Shown here one piece after another: positions 1 through 13,652 of a DNA stretch of 64,000 nt. Position 1 is the stretch's first letter. Each line of letters begins with the position of its first letter. Source of the stretch: Hypanus sabinus (Eukaryota); contig NW_026778908.1 of the NCBI RefSeq assembly GCF_030144855.1, forward strand, positions 310,001 to 374,000. The letters are read 5' to 3'. The translations under genes were made by a program, and so were the position numbers. Under the pieces are notes generated by a model. It saw only the letters and a list, made by a program, of their open reading frames with translations, searched no databases and was not told the origin of the DNA.

Positions 1-750
1 CCTCTCTGCGTAAGACAGTCCGGACATCCCAGGAATTAACCTTGTGAATCTACACTGCACTTCCTCTACAGCCAGGATGTCCTTCCTTAACCCTGGAGAC
101 CAAAACTGTACACAATACTCCAGGTGTAGTCTCACCAGGGCTCTGTACAAATGCAAGATGATTTCCTTGCTCTTGTACTCAATTCCCTTTGTAATAAAGG
201 CCAACATTCCATTAGCCTTCTTCACTGCCTGCTGCACTTGCTCATTCACCTTCAGTGACTGATGAACAAGGACTCCTCGATCTCTTTGTATTTCTCCCTT
301 ACCTAACTCTACACCATTCAGATAATAATCTGCCTTCCTGTTCTTACTCCCAAAGTGGATAACCTCACACTTATTCACATTAAACGTCATCTGTCAAGTA
401 TCTGCCCACTCACCCAGCCTATCCAAGTCTCCCTGAATTCTCCTAACATCCTCATCACATGTCACACTGCCACCCAGCTTAGTATCATCAGCAAATTTGC
501 TGATGTTATTTTCAATGCCTTCATCTAAATCGCTGATGTAAATCGTAGACAGCTGTGGTCCCAATACCGAGCCCTGTGGCATCCCACTAGTCACCACCTA
601 CCATTCCGAGAAACACCCATTCACCGCTACCCTTTGCTTTCTATCTGCCAACCAGTTTTCTATCCATGTCAATGTCTTTCCCCCGATGCCATGATCTTTG
701 ATTTTACCCACCAATCTCCTATGTGGGACCTTATCAAATGCCTTCTGAAA
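1..750 (-). mobile_element. CR1-type LINE reverse transcriptase fragment (approx. bounds)
   Basis: ORF 394-597 reads [15 protein letters not shown]...[11 protein letters not shown], the CR1 RT motifs PQGSVLGP and FADD. Confidence 0.85.
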
Positions 751-1322
751 ATGACAAAGACTGACAACAAAAGGACAAATTGCAAATTTAAAAAAACATA
801 GTACTGTGAAAATAAGTTATGAAAAGTCTTTGAAAGCGAGTCTGGAGGTCATAGAATCAGTTCAGAGTAGTGGTCTCCTGAACCGGTGTTTGGAGTGTAG
901 TAACTGTTCCTGAACTAGGTGGAGGATTCTATACCTCTCTCACTATGGTGGATGGTGGATAAAAGATGAAGGAAAGGAGGGGTGTGCAGATGGTCGGGAT
1001 GGACATGGAGAAGGAGTGGAGAGCCGTAGGGAAGCTGAACACCGCCACATGCAGAGACCTAATTCAGCAAGAAACGGCACATAACTCCAAGAACCTCTTG
1101 TGTCCATGTTATTTGTGCTTCAATATGATTGGGAACATAGACTGGCTTTGATAACACAGGGACAGTCGCAAAGCTGAAAATACAGAGGCTGTTTGGGAAT
1201 GAATTGGAAGTTTCCTGAAAATCAGGAGTAGTGACGATGTGAATATGGACCCAGTACAGGTTTATATTATTCCCCACTGACTGCTGAATGTCTGCTGTTG
1301 AGTGACCACACAGAACACCTAC

Positions 1323-1688
1323 CAGAAACACGGAGCTGCGTGGCAGGGAGATAGCTGTAACGATCACCTCCGACAAATTCAATCCTGAAAAAGTACCACC
1401 CTTCATCTTTCCGACGGATGTTGTCTATAACCAGGGAACAGTCATCGTCTTTCAAGTCTCCAGACAGATGGGTTCGATAACGGAACTTCTGTTTCTCCTT
1501 TCTGTGATCGCTGGAGTGAAAGACTATAGGATGAGACTTTGAATTTTGTCCGTTATACCAGATACCAGTCCTCAACTCCTCATGCAGATATGATGGATAA
1601 CGGTAGTGGCATGGAATCCGGGCACACAAGCCTCTCTGTGCTGTCACATCTGATGGTGTTTCAACTCCCCACTCATTCGACATTGTGC
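1323..1688 (-). CDS. Siglec family gene, N-terminal V-set Ig (sialic-acid-binding) exon
   Basis: 366-nt phase 1/1 exon with acceptor ttctctcctcAG|GCACAATG and donor TTTCTG|GTaggt. It encodes ...VTAQRGLCARIPCHY...GIWY...LSGDLKDDDCSLVIDNIRRKDEGWYFFRIEFVGGDRYSY..., which has the Siglec cysteine pattern and the F-strand Arg in YFFR. Downstream exons would lie left of the window. Confidence 0.9.
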
Positions 1689-2382
1689 CTGAGGAGAGAA
1701 TGAACAATGTTTGGTAATGATGGCTTGTGAGTACATCGGACTTGATATCCACCCCCTGCACTGTGGACATAGTGCATACTGAGTGTGGGAGACACAAGGA
1801 AACCCACAAGTCCTCCTCACGGATGGAGGGGACCTGTTAGTCATTTGCAGGGGGCTTTGGAATCAGGTTCACTCTCTGTTGGCTCATTCACCTCAGTACC
1901 AATGACATTAGTCTAGCACTGTCAGGAAGAATTAATGAAGGGGTGTCGTCTAACACAGCAGGAGGAAATGGAGTGGCCAAAACTGGTCTGCTCTCCTCTA
2001 TTGGGAATCACTTCCTGTTTGCTCTTTAACGTGTCACTGTCTCTGCTCCTTCCATCCACCTGCTACAGATACAAGAATGCCGACGTGCCTGTGACTGAGT
2101 ACCACAGATGCTGGTGACAGACAGGCTGCAGTAGGGGCCCATTCTGGCAGCTCCCACACTAACAGCGCAGCTTTCTCACAACCTGTCCCAGTCAACAATG
2201 CAGCAATCCCACACACTGTCCTGCTCGTACTGCAGCCCAGTCAACGTGTAACGTCACAGTACGTCACACTGCGGCGATTTGAATCTGCTGGAACAAAAGA
2301 GGCTGTCAAGAGTATGGGACAGCAAAATATATAATAGGAAACATTAGATCTATCTACAATAGGCGCTACCTCACAATGTCTA

Positions 2383-3367
2383 TGTCATAAGGTGGGCATT
2401 GAGAACGGACCCAAATGCAAGACACAGACACTGAAGTACTAGGGAGAGGACTAGGTGTATCAAGAAAGCAAGGGAAGTGGGGAAGAAACAACACTGGACA
2501 AGACACAGGCCCTGAACAAGACTAGGAGACAGGGAATGGGCTAGGACTGGAGTAGGAAAGTGGGACCTGGACAAGGAACTAGGAATTGGGAACTAGGAAC
2601 CTGGACAAGGACTCCGAACCAGAGACTGGACAGGGACGTGGAACCAAAGTCTTGACTCAGGCTCGGACTCCGGATCCAGGCGAGGACTGGACATGACAAG
2701 CAACAGGATTGGACATGGGTGCAGGACGCGGGACTCCAGGGTTGGACGAGGACATGAATCTCAGACTTGGACGAGAACATGAAGCTCAGACTTGGTCTTG
2801 ATCGAGGGAGAGCAGGAACGCAGAGCCTAGGTCGATGGAGAGGAAAGCAGAAGTGGGGAGAGGCGTAGCTGGACACGGATACTGGCCCTGGACGAGACCA
2901 GGACTCAAGGCCTAGGCTACAACTAGTACTTGGTCACGGACTGGAACCTCCTCGGAGCCATGGACTGGAGCACAGGAACACCGAGCCTTGGACTGGAGCA
3001 CTGGAACACCAAGCCTTGGACTGGAGCACTGGAACACCGAGCCTTGGACTGGAGCACTGGAACACCAAGCCTTGGACTGGAGCACTGGAACACCGAGCCT
3101 TGGACTGGAGGACCGGAACACTGAGCTTTGGACTGGATCACAGGGACACTGAATACAGAGCTGGAACCCATGTTTGGGGACAGGGCATATGGCCAGGACT
3201 CATACTCGGACACTAAACACAGGGACAGGGATACAAAGAGACAGTTCCAAGCTCAAAGATAGATAGTTCGTTCTGTTGGCGTGGCAAGGTTTTGGTCTCA
3301 CTCCACAGCTGAACTCGGTGGCGGTACAGGCGAGGACGCTGGTGTGGGTAGCGTCAAGGGCTTTTCC
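2383..3367 (-). mobile_element. LTR-like remnant containing a 28-bp tandem repeat (approx.)
   Basis: The reverse complement ends ...ttgggtccgtt...tgaca, like fish Gypsy LTR ends. About 6 copies of ggactggagcactggaacaccgagcctt at 2960-3135. Confidence 0.45.
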
Positions 3368-6243
3368 ATGATGGATAATTTTTTTAACAATTTGAATATT
3401 CCTAAACTGACAGATGAAGATCGTAGCTTGTTCGATGCTCCCATCTCTATGGCCGAAATAGGAGAGGCTATCTCATCAATGAACTCAGGGAAAGCTCCTG
3501 GCCCTGATGGTTATATTGTAGAATTTTTTAAAACTTTTTCTTCTTTGCTTTCCCCTTGGTTATGTGAAATCTTTAATGATGCATTTGCTAAGAAGAGATT
3601 ACCTCAATCTTTTTATGAAGCTACTATCTCTTTAATTCTTAAAAAAGATAAAGATCCTAATTTATGTGCATCTTATCGCCCTATATCATTATTAAATGTA
3701 GATTTTAAGATTCTTACAAAAATTTTAGCTATTAGATTAGAAAGGGTACTATCACAGATTATTTCAGAAGACCAAACTGGTTTCATTAGGAATTGGTATT
3801 CCTTTTTTAATGTCAGAAAATTGATTAATATAATTTATACTCCATCACCCATTATTATTATTTCATTAGATGCTGAAAAAGCTTTTGATAGAGTTGAATG
3901 GACATACTTATTTAATGTATTGAGAAATTTTAATTTTAGCCCTAATTTCATATCATGGATTAAATTAATATATTATAAACCTGTTGCTTCTGTTCTTACA
4001 AATAATTACAGATCCTCTTTTTTTCAATTATCTCGTGGTACGAGACAAGGTTGTCCATTAAGTCCTTTATTATTTAATATCGCATTAGAACCTTTAGCCA
4101 TTGCTATTCGTGAATCTCCTAATATTTTTGGTATTACCTGTAATGAGAAGTTATACAAGTTATCACTTTATGCTGATGACTTGCTGTTATATATTTCTGA
4201 TCCTGACAGATCTATTCCCACTATTTTATCTTTGTTGGCTCAATTTGGTAGTTTTTCTGGTTATAAATTAAACTTGGATAAGAGCGAATTATTCCCCTTA
4301 AACGCGCAAACTTTATTGAATGACAGGATACCATTTAAAGTTGTTACTGATAACTTTATCTATTTAGGTATAAAAATTACCAAGAAATATAAAGATGTAT
4401 TTAGACTGAATTTCTTACCTATGCTTCATCAAATTCAACAACTTACTACAAGATGGTCTCCCTTATACTTATCATTAGTTGGTCGGATTAATGCTATTAA
4501 AATGATGATTTTACCGAAATTTTTATATTTATTTCAAGCCTTACCAATTTTTATTTCTAAATCTTTTTTTGACAACATTGATTAAAAAATTTCCTCATTT
4601 GTGTGGCAAAATAAAAACCCCAGGTTAAGTAAAAGGCAATTACAAAAATCTAAAAAAGATGGTGGTTTAGCTTTACCTAATTTTAGATTTTACTATTGGG
4701 CGAATAATATTCGTAACCTAATATATTGGAAATTAGATTTGGATTCACCATTGTGCCCACAGTGGGTAAATTTGGAATGTGATGCGGTAAAGGGATATTC
4801 TCTATTCTCCGTTCTTGGTTCTTTTCTTCCTACTGATTTAGTTAAATTCAATAAACAGATATCTAATCCTGTTATCAAACGTACATTACGAATTTGATTT
4901 CAATTTCGTAAGTTTTTTACTTTGAAAAACTTTGTTCTTGATAGCCCTATTTTACTTAATTTTTTTTTCAAACCTTCCTTGACAGATCAAGCTTTTAGCA
5001 TATGGAAAAGGAAAGGTATAAAATGTTTTCGTGATCTTTTTTTTGAAGGTACTTTGATGTCTTTTGACCAACTTTCCAACAAATTTAAATTACCTAAATC
5101 TAACTTTTTCAGATATCTACAAATTAGAAATTTTTTACATAAAGTTCTACCATCTTTTCCCAATTCAACTTCAATGGATTTTTCAGATTTGATTTTTACC
5201 TTAAATCCTTGTCAGAAGGGATTAGTAGCTTTTATTTATAATATGATTATGAAGATACAACCTGAAATATCAGTTAGAATTAATCAAGAATGGGAAAAAG
5301 AACTTCGATATAATATATCAACAGATAAATGGGAAAAAAATTTACAAATGGTTAATTCCTCTTCTATATGTGCTAAACATGCCTTAATACAATTTAAAAT
5401 TGTACATAGAGCTCATATGTCTAAAGATAAACTTGCTCGATTCTATTCTCATATTAACCCTCAATGTGACAGATGTCATTCAGAAGTGGCTTCATTGACC
5501 CATATGTTTTGGTCATGTCCCACTTTACATAATTATTAGAAGGACATATTTACTACCATTTCCTCAATTTGGAATATCGATCTACAACCTCATTTTATTA
5601 CTGCAATTTTTGGTATACCAAATGAGGATGGTAATCAGTTTTCCCCTTCAATCAGACGAATGATTGCTTTTGTAACATTAATGGCCAGAAGGTCTATATT
5701 ACAAAACTGGAAAGAAGTAAATCCTCCTACCACGTTTCAGTGGTTTTCTCAAACTATTTCTTATCTGAGCTTGGAAAAAATTAGAGCACTATTTTTGACT
5801 CATCAATTAAATTTGAAGAAACTTGGGGACCGTTTATTCGACACTTTCATATGAATTAATTTGGCCTTTTCCAGACCTTCTCTCTGCTTATTCTTGTTCA
5901 GGTATGGAGTTCTGGAGTTTTTTGACACTATCATATACTTGTAAACTATTATTATTGCCCATGTTAGTTTAGTTTAGTGTTTTTTTTCTCAATATATATT
6001 TTTCACATATTTTCAAATTTTCTCTTTTTTTGACGATTATTTTTGTTTTTTTTCATATATAATCATATATATGATTGATTAATGTATTTTCTTTTGTCGA
6101 TGTTTAATAGGATATTGTTATCTTATTATTAATGCGACTTCAAGTCTATTGTATTCATAACCTATTCATTATTATGTTATGTTTTTTCTATATGTATATA
6201 TGAAACTCAATAAAAAGATTGAAAAAGAAAAAGGAAAAAAAAA
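3368..6243 (+). mobile_element. 5'-truncated L1-clade LINE (ORF2 RT to C-terminus, 3' UTR, poly-A), inactivated
   Basis: Motifs GKAPGPDG, YRPISLLNVDFKIL, SLDAEKAFDRVEW, RGTRQGCPLSP, LYADD and the C-terminal CDRC..HMFWSC. Stops at 4583, 4895 and 5537; A-rich tail at about 6207-6243. Confidence 0.92.
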
Positions 6244-8269
6244 GATGTATTCAAACTTCGCGGCCTCGCTTTTCAGCCTACCCGTTTCCGCCCTCCCCGG
6301 ACGGGAATGCTGTAGCGACGCGTATTCACAGTCCCATCCCGCGCGCGGGCTTTTCCCCTTGCTGATGAAGCAGGCCTGGCGCCCTCTTTGGGACCGGCCT
6401 CAATGCCGGCGCGCGCCGCTTTGTGAGCCGGTTCGAGTGCGCTGGGAAGTGGGTCGCCACAGTACACTGACTCTTCCTGGTCACAGAATGGACAGGTGGA
6501 TGGTGTTCCCAGTATACAGCGGAAGGACCCCTGTTTACAGTGATTTCCCCCGCCGCTGGGGGGTATAAACAGACTGCCAAGGCATGTCTCCATCACAATT
6601 GAAGGCAAGGAAGTGAAATGTCGCTCTTACAAGAGCAGCCTGGGTGCATCACGAAAAGGGACTGTGAGCTTCGCACCACGGGTACCACCCTATCTTCATG
6701 CTCAGTGACAGAGGAAAGGCCACCACCCCAGGATCCAGAATCCCTCCCAGAGACAGGTCCCCCACTCACTACCACCACGCAGTACCATATAATCTGATCT
6801 CGGAGCAGACACCCCACTGATCCGACTGGAATTCGACCAGAGGTCACAATCCGTCCGGGACAATGTCACCTCTACACGCTTGTCACCCTCCCGAGCAGCA
6901 GCATTAGCAGAGTCCCCTCCCTCCTCACTCATTGAGACACCCTCCTTCTGAATAACTGCACGGGATGGTGATCCAGGGCTACTCCGGTTCCCCTCATTCA
7001 CCGGGACAGGACTCCCTCAGCAGGGCATGGCCTCGATTGAGGCAACAGTTTGAGAGAGTAACCCCACCGGTGACTCTCCACTCACAGGCGATCCCTGTTC
7101 TCCAGGGCTTTCCTCCTCCCCAGAGGATGGGTGCTCTGGGCACACAGTCTCAACCGAAGGCAATTCTGCCACCTCACACGCCCTCTCTAAAATGGTGCCG
7201 CGCACCAGCCTGGACTTTGCATGCTGAAGAGAAGCCACCCAGCCAGAGGCCCTTGTGTGACAGGACTTTCCTCCAGCTCTGGGGAGACATACTCTGAGCA
7301 TACGGCCTTAACCGGAGGTAAATCCTTCCCCTGGATTGCAGACTCAGAGACACATCTCTCCGTATCTTCAGACCACAGGGGTGCTGTGGCACGCTGACCT
7401 CCATATCGGAGGCTCCCTCAGACTCGGGCACCACTTTCTGTACCCGGCTTCCCCAGGCCTTTGCTGAATCTCAGACACCATAGGGCCCTTCGAGTTGGGT
7501 TCAGGAGTCACCTCCTGCCCCTCTCCTCCGGGGGAGAGGCCTCGAGATGGTTGTTCTTTCTCTTGGCCTTCCTACCAGATACCCGATCCCACCGCTCACC
7601 GTCATCCCGGACATTCACCACCACTGGTGGGTGGGGGAACAGCAGGGGTAGGGACAGGTCGGAAGGCTCAGCCGTGCTGCCCTGTGTCTCCGAAGTGAAG
7701 TTCACAGCCTGCGAGTATGTCCAAACTATTTACAGACCAGGCATGTCATCTCTGAACTGTAATAATGCCCCTCAAATTGCACCTGAAAGCCCCCACCTGC
7801 ATCCCCACCCCATTCCAGTTGCATCAGCAAGCGGTGCTGAAATGAGAAAAGGTGATCAAACCCCTGCAGAGGTGTCCTGTACCACACTGGGGTGGTATTT
7901 GACCGCACCAAGAGAGGACAGCTGGGGAGGAGGGTCGTACCAAGGATATTGGGGGTGGGTGTTAGAAATAATAACCATCTTGATAAGCACCAGCATCAAC
8001 TCCACCATCACACCCGTGGTTTCACACATTTCCACCGTCAGCAAGACTGAACCAACACTGTTGAGTTGTCACTGACTATTCTTATGGAGCCAGTGATGTC
8101 TCTGTGAAGCTGCTCACCAATCAGCCGGGCTCTCGCCCCACTGCCCCACACGTTCCATCCCCGAATGATCCAATTCCCACCGGTTAATCTTGTTAAAGCT
8201 GCTTCCACTACCCTGATGAGACACTGAGTTACAGAGAGAGGTTGAACTGGTTGGGACATTCTTCATCAG

Positions 8270-8900
8270 AGTGTATCATACAGGGTGATCACATTGAGGT
8301 GTATAAAATCATAACGGACAGAGACAGGGTAAAAGTTCAGTCTTTTTCCCAGAGCTGGGAAATCAAGACCGCAGAGGCACAGGTTTAAAGTGATGGGGGA
8401 AAGATTGAATAGGGACTCGAGGAGCAATTTCTTCACCCATAGAATAAACAATATATAAGACCATAAAAGTACAAGATACAGAATTAGAATTAGGCCATTC
8501 AGCCCATCGAGTTGCTTCACGATTCTCTTATGACTGACTTCTTATCCTTCTCAACCCCATTCTCCTGCCTTCCTCCGGTAACAATTGAGGTTCTTACTAA
8601 TCAGGAAACCATCAGCCTCTGTTTTAAATACACCGAATGAATTGGCCACCACAGCTGTCTGTGGCAATTAATTCAACAGGTTCAACACACTCCGGCTGAA
8701 GAATTTCCTCCTCTTCTCTGTTCTAGTGGGATGTTTCTGTTCAGAGAATATGCCCTCTGGTCTGAGTCTCTGCCACTAGAGGAAACATCCTCTGCACATC
8801 CGCTCTATGAGGAACAAGGTGCCAGAGGAAGTTGTAGAGGCAGGCAGATCAACAACATATGGAGAGGAACATGGAGTGGAGATGCTTAGAAGGATATAGG
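8270..8900. mobile_element. CR1 3'-end fragments in both orientations (approx.)
   Basis: Typical CR1 3' motifs gaggtgtataaaatcat...ggcacaggtttaaagtg and the reverse ccataaaagtacaagat...ggccattcagccc. Confidence 0.6.
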
Positions 8901-9250
8901 GCAGAGGGGGCCAAATGTCTAGATGAAGGGTCTCAGCCCAATATGTTTATTCCCCTTCAGACATGCTTGCTGACTTGCTGAGTTCCTTCAGCATTTTGTG
9001 TGTGTTGCTCAAGATTTCCAGCATCTGCAGAATCTCTTGTGTTTCTCAATAATTTAGATGGGAATCTTGGTCAGCAGGAACAATTTGGGCTGAAGGGCCT
9101 GTTTATGTGTTGTACGACTCTGGCTCTTTCAGCTAACCAGTCGGACACACAGCCCAGCCCCCTACTCAGCCCTGAGTACCCTGGTTAGTGTCACACCAGC
9201 CAGACTAGAGGAAAATCAGGGGTTTGCTGCCCGAGCTGCTGCTGATTTAC

Positions 9251-9305
9251 CTTGAAGAAGTGGCAGGAGGAAGTACACCTTTCCGATTGTTCTCAGATCC
9301 AGCAT
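9251..9305 (-). CDS. Siglec gene signal-peptide exon (MLDLRTIGKVYFLLPLLQ-G)
   Basis: ATG at 9305, then 18 codons + 1 nt and donor CAAG|GTAAAT; splices in phase to 1688. An acceptor ttctttttcAG ending at 9331 means the whole exon is 9251-9330 and a non-coding exon lies further upstream. Confidence 0.8.
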
Positions 9306-9909
9306 ATTCTGTCAGTTTTCTGCCCTTAGACTGAAAAAGAAAGTGGTTACAATGAAATCTCATGCAAACTGTCACGGTTCCAACATCAGTGTGAGGGACA
9401 AGAAGATTCCCAGTCTGTTCCATGTTGTTCCCATTAGTAATCCCACACAGTTTTAATTAATTCCTTCTTAATGTTGTACTGCCTTTGAAAGCAAGGACAC
9501 ATGAAAGAGGAACTGGGCCCCAGTGAACCAGAAGGGAACAGGAAACTGACACAAAGTGGTGAAGGAGGTGTCTGACACATTGGACGTATTGGTCAGGACA
9601 GTGAGAACTAAAGTTAGAACGTTATCTTAAAACTGTTCAATGTGTTGGTTGATTGCACTTGGAGCATTTTGTGCTGTTCTGGTCACCCAGCTACAGGAAG
9701 GATGTCATTAAGCTGAAGAGAATGCAGGAAAGATTCAAAAGGATATCACCAGGATTAGAGAGTTTGAGTGAAAAGGAGAGACTGGACAGGTTGGGACAGT
9801 TTTCCCTGAAAGGAGCAACATAATAATGATTATAAACCACGAGAGGATCTTTGTCGTTGAAAGCATTGCAGAACTGACACTGGTGTATTCTACTCATTGT
9901 ACTGCCTAA

Positions 9910-12478
9910 CTGACAGTGTGACACTCCCTCAGTACTGTCCCTCTGACAGTGTGACACTCCCTCAGTACTGTCCCTCTGTACTCCCCCTCTGACAGTCTGA
10001 CACGCCCTCAGTACTGTCCCTCTGACAGTCTGACACTCCCTCAGTACTGTCCCTCTGACAGTGTGACACTCCCTCAGTACTGTCCTGACAGTGTGACACG
10101 CCCTCATTAATGACACTCTGACAGTGCGTCACTCCCTCACTACCATCACTCTGACAGTGTGACACACCCTCAGTACTGTCCCTCTGACAGTGTGACACTC
10201 CCTCAGTACTGTCCCTCTGACAGTCAGACACTCCCTCAGTACTCTCCCTCTGACAGTCTGACACTCCCTCAGTACTGTCCCTCTGACAGTGACACTCCCT
10301 CAGTACTGTCCCTCTGACAGTCAGACACTCCCTCAGTACTCTCCCTCTGACAGTCTGACACTCCCTCAGTACTGTCCCTCTGACAGTCTGACACTCCCTC
10401 AGTAGTGTCCCTCTGACAGTCTGACACTCCCTCAGCACCGTCCCTCTGACAGTGTGACACTCCCTCAGTTCTGTCCTGACAGTGTGACACGCCCTCATTA
10501 ATGACACTCTGACAGTGTGTCACTCCCTCACTACCATCACTCTGACAGTGTGACACACCCTCAGTACTGTCCCTCTGACAGTGTGTCACTCCCTCAGTAC
10601 TGTCCCTCTGACAGTGTGACACTCCCTCAGTTCTGTCCTGACAGTGTGACACGCCCTCATTAATGACACTCTGACAGTGCGTCACTCCCTCACTACCATC
10701 ACTCTGACAGTGTGACACTCCCTCAGTACTGTCCCTCTGACAGTGTGACACTCCCTCAGTAGTGTCCCTCTGACAGTCTGACACTCCCTCAGTACTGTCC
10801 CTCTGACAGTGTGACACTCCCTCAGTTCTGTCCTGACAGTGTGGCACGCCCTCATTAATGACACTCTGACAGTGTGTCACTCCCTCACTACCATCACTCT
10901 GACAGTGTGACACACCCTCAGTACTGTCCCTCTACAGTGACACTCCCTCAGTACTGTCCCTCTGACAGTGTGACACTCCCTCAGTACTGTCCCTCTGTAC
11001 TCTCCCTCTGACAGTCTGACACTCCCTCAGTACTGTCCCTCTGACAGTCTGACACTCCCTCAGTACTGTCCCTCTGACAGTGTGACACTCCCTCAGTACT
11101 GTCCTGACAGTGTGACACGCCCTCATTAATGACACTCTGACAGTGCGTCACTCCCTCACTACCATCACTCTGACAGTGTGACACACCCTCAGTACTGTCC
11201 CTCTGACAGTGTGACACTCCCTCAGTACTGTCCCTCTGACAGTCAGACACTCCCTCAGTACTCTCCCTCTGACAGTCTGACACTCCCTCAGTAATGTCCC
11301 TCTGACAGTGTGACACTCCCTCAGTACTGTCCCTCTGACAGTCTGACACTCCCTCAGTACTGTCCCTCTGACAGTGTGACACTCCCTCAGTACTGTCCCT
11401 CTGACAGTGTGTCACTCCCTCAGTACTGTCCCTCTGACAGTGTGACACTCCCTCAGTTCTGTCCTGACAGTGTGACACGCCCTCATTAATGACACTCTGA
11501 CAGTGTGTCACTCCCTCACTACCATCACTCTGACAGTGTGACACTCCCTCAGTACTGTCCCTCTGACAGTGTGACACTCCCTCAGTACTGTCCCTCTGAC
11601 AGTCAGACACTCCCTCAGTACTGTCCCTCTGACAGTCAGACACTCTCTCAGTACTCTCCCTCTGACAGTCTGACACTCCCTCAGTACTGTCCCTCTGACA
11701 GTGTGACACTCCCTCAGTAGTGTCCCTCTGACAGTCTGACACTCCCTCAGTACTGTCCCTCTGACAGTGTGACACTCCCTCAGTTCTGTCCTGACAGTGT
11801 GACACGCCCTCATTAATGACACTCTGACAGTGTGTCACTCCCTCACTACCATCACTCTGACAGTGTGACACACCCTCAGTACTGTCCCTCTGACAGTGAC
11901 ACTCCCTCAGTACTGTCCCTCTGACAGTGTGACACTCCCTCAGTACTGTCCCTCTGTACTCTCCCTCTGACAGTCTGACACTCCCTCAGTACTGTCCCTC
12001 TGACAGTCTGACACTCCCTCAGTACTGTCCCTCTGACAGTGTGACACTCCCTCAGTACTGTCCTGACAGTGTGACACGCCCTCATTAATGACACTCTGAC
12101 AGTGCGTCACTCCCTCACTACCATCACTCTGACAGTGTGACACACCCTCAGTACTGTCCCTCTGACAGTGTGACACTCCCTCAGTACTGTCCCTCTGACA
12201 GTCAGACACTCCCTCAGTACTCTCCCTCTGACAGTCTGACACTCCCTCAGTAATGTCCCTCTGACAGTGTGACACTCCCTCAGTACTATCCCTCTGACAG
12301 TGTGATACTCCCTCAGTACTGTCTCTCTGACAGTGTGACACTCCCTCAGTACTGTCCCTCTGACAGTGCGACACTCCCTCAGTACTGTCCCTCTGACAGT
12401 GTGACACTCCCTCAGTACGGTCCCGCTGACAGTGTGACACTCCCTCAGTACTGTCCCTCTGACAGTGTGACATTTCCT
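9910..12478. repeat. 33-bp satellite (tgacagtgtgacactccctcagtactgtccctc) with recurring variant cassette
   Basis: Roughly 75-80 tandem units; the variant unit containing cattaatgacac recurs 8 times. Confidence 0.97.
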
Positions 12479-13652
12479 CATTTCCATCACTCAAAAAAAT
12501 GTTTCTTGTTCCCAGTCACTGGTCTTTTGAATTGCAAAGGTCATTACATGGAGAGAGTGCAGGGTAGATTTTGGAGGGTGTTGATCAGACTCGAGGGACT
12601 GAGTTATGCAGAGAGGTTGTGTATTTTGGGATTTATTCATTGGAGCCAAAGCTAATATGGGGTGTCTTCTCGAGGTACATAAAATCATGAGGGGTGGAGA
12701 TAGGATGAACGCACCCAGTCTTTTACCTCCTGATGAAGGGTCTCGGCCCAAACACTCTCTGTGTATTCCTCTCTATAGACGCTGACTGACCTGCTGTGTT
12801 CCTCTGGTATGATGTGTGTACTGATGATCTTGATTACCACTCCCCACCACCCCCCCCAATCTCAGTCTGGATTCAGGGTCTCAACCCAAAACATCTACGA
12901 TTCCTTTCCTGCCACAGACCTGCTGACCCACTGAGTTCCTCCTGTGGGTTGTTTGTTGCTCCAGATTCCCACATCTGCCGTCCTTTGTGTCTCCAGAGGC
13001 CGGACGTCAGTCGGTATGCAAACGACATGTAAATTGACGATGTTGTGATTAGCAGGGAAGCGTGTCAAATGTTGCCACAGGACAAAGTGCAGGTGAAAAG
13101 TTCGGTGATGCCATGGCAGATGGAATTTAACCCGAACAAGTGTGAGGTGATGGATTTTGGAAAGTCAATGCCGACACTAAATAGTGGGGCCACAAGGAAC
13201 GGTGACAAGCAGAGAACTTTCAACAATACTAGAGAATCTCAGCAAATCTCACAGAATGTCTGACTCATTCAGTTCCTTCAGCATTTTCTATGTGTCACTC
13301 AAACTTTCCGGCATCTGCAGAATGGCTTGTGTTTATAAGCAGAGACTCTGAGACCATTGTTGTCTGACAGTAGTAACACAGGTGGATGGGACGGTGAAAG
13401 AGGAGACAGTATACTTCCCTTCATGGGTCAGTGTGCACAGTATCAGAGTTGGGATGATATGTTGCAATGTTACAAGCCTCCGGTCAGACTGCACTCGGAG
13501 AACTGCATGCAGTTACAGTTATCACACTGTACATAAGAAAAACAAAGGTCTACAGTAGTAGCTGTACATAATTCAAACTAATACTTATCCACAAAACAAG
13601 CTGATCTCAGTGTTGAAGGGGAACCACAGATCCGACAATATCACACAGCCTG

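Noticed and set aside
3281-3367. N-terminal extension of the 434-aa ORF
   Set aside because: The GC-rich flank is fused by chance to the AT-rich, 5'-truncated L1; it is not L1 ORF2 sequence.
9910-12478. CRISPR-like appearance of about 33-bp repeats
   Set aside because: Repeats are contiguous without unique spacers, there are no cas genes, and the context is eukaryotic.
9691-12655. Long repetitive ORFs (CQRDSTEGVSH..., LRECHTVRG...)
   Set aside because: Produced by a 33-bp (3n) satellite; no splice context and open in several frames.
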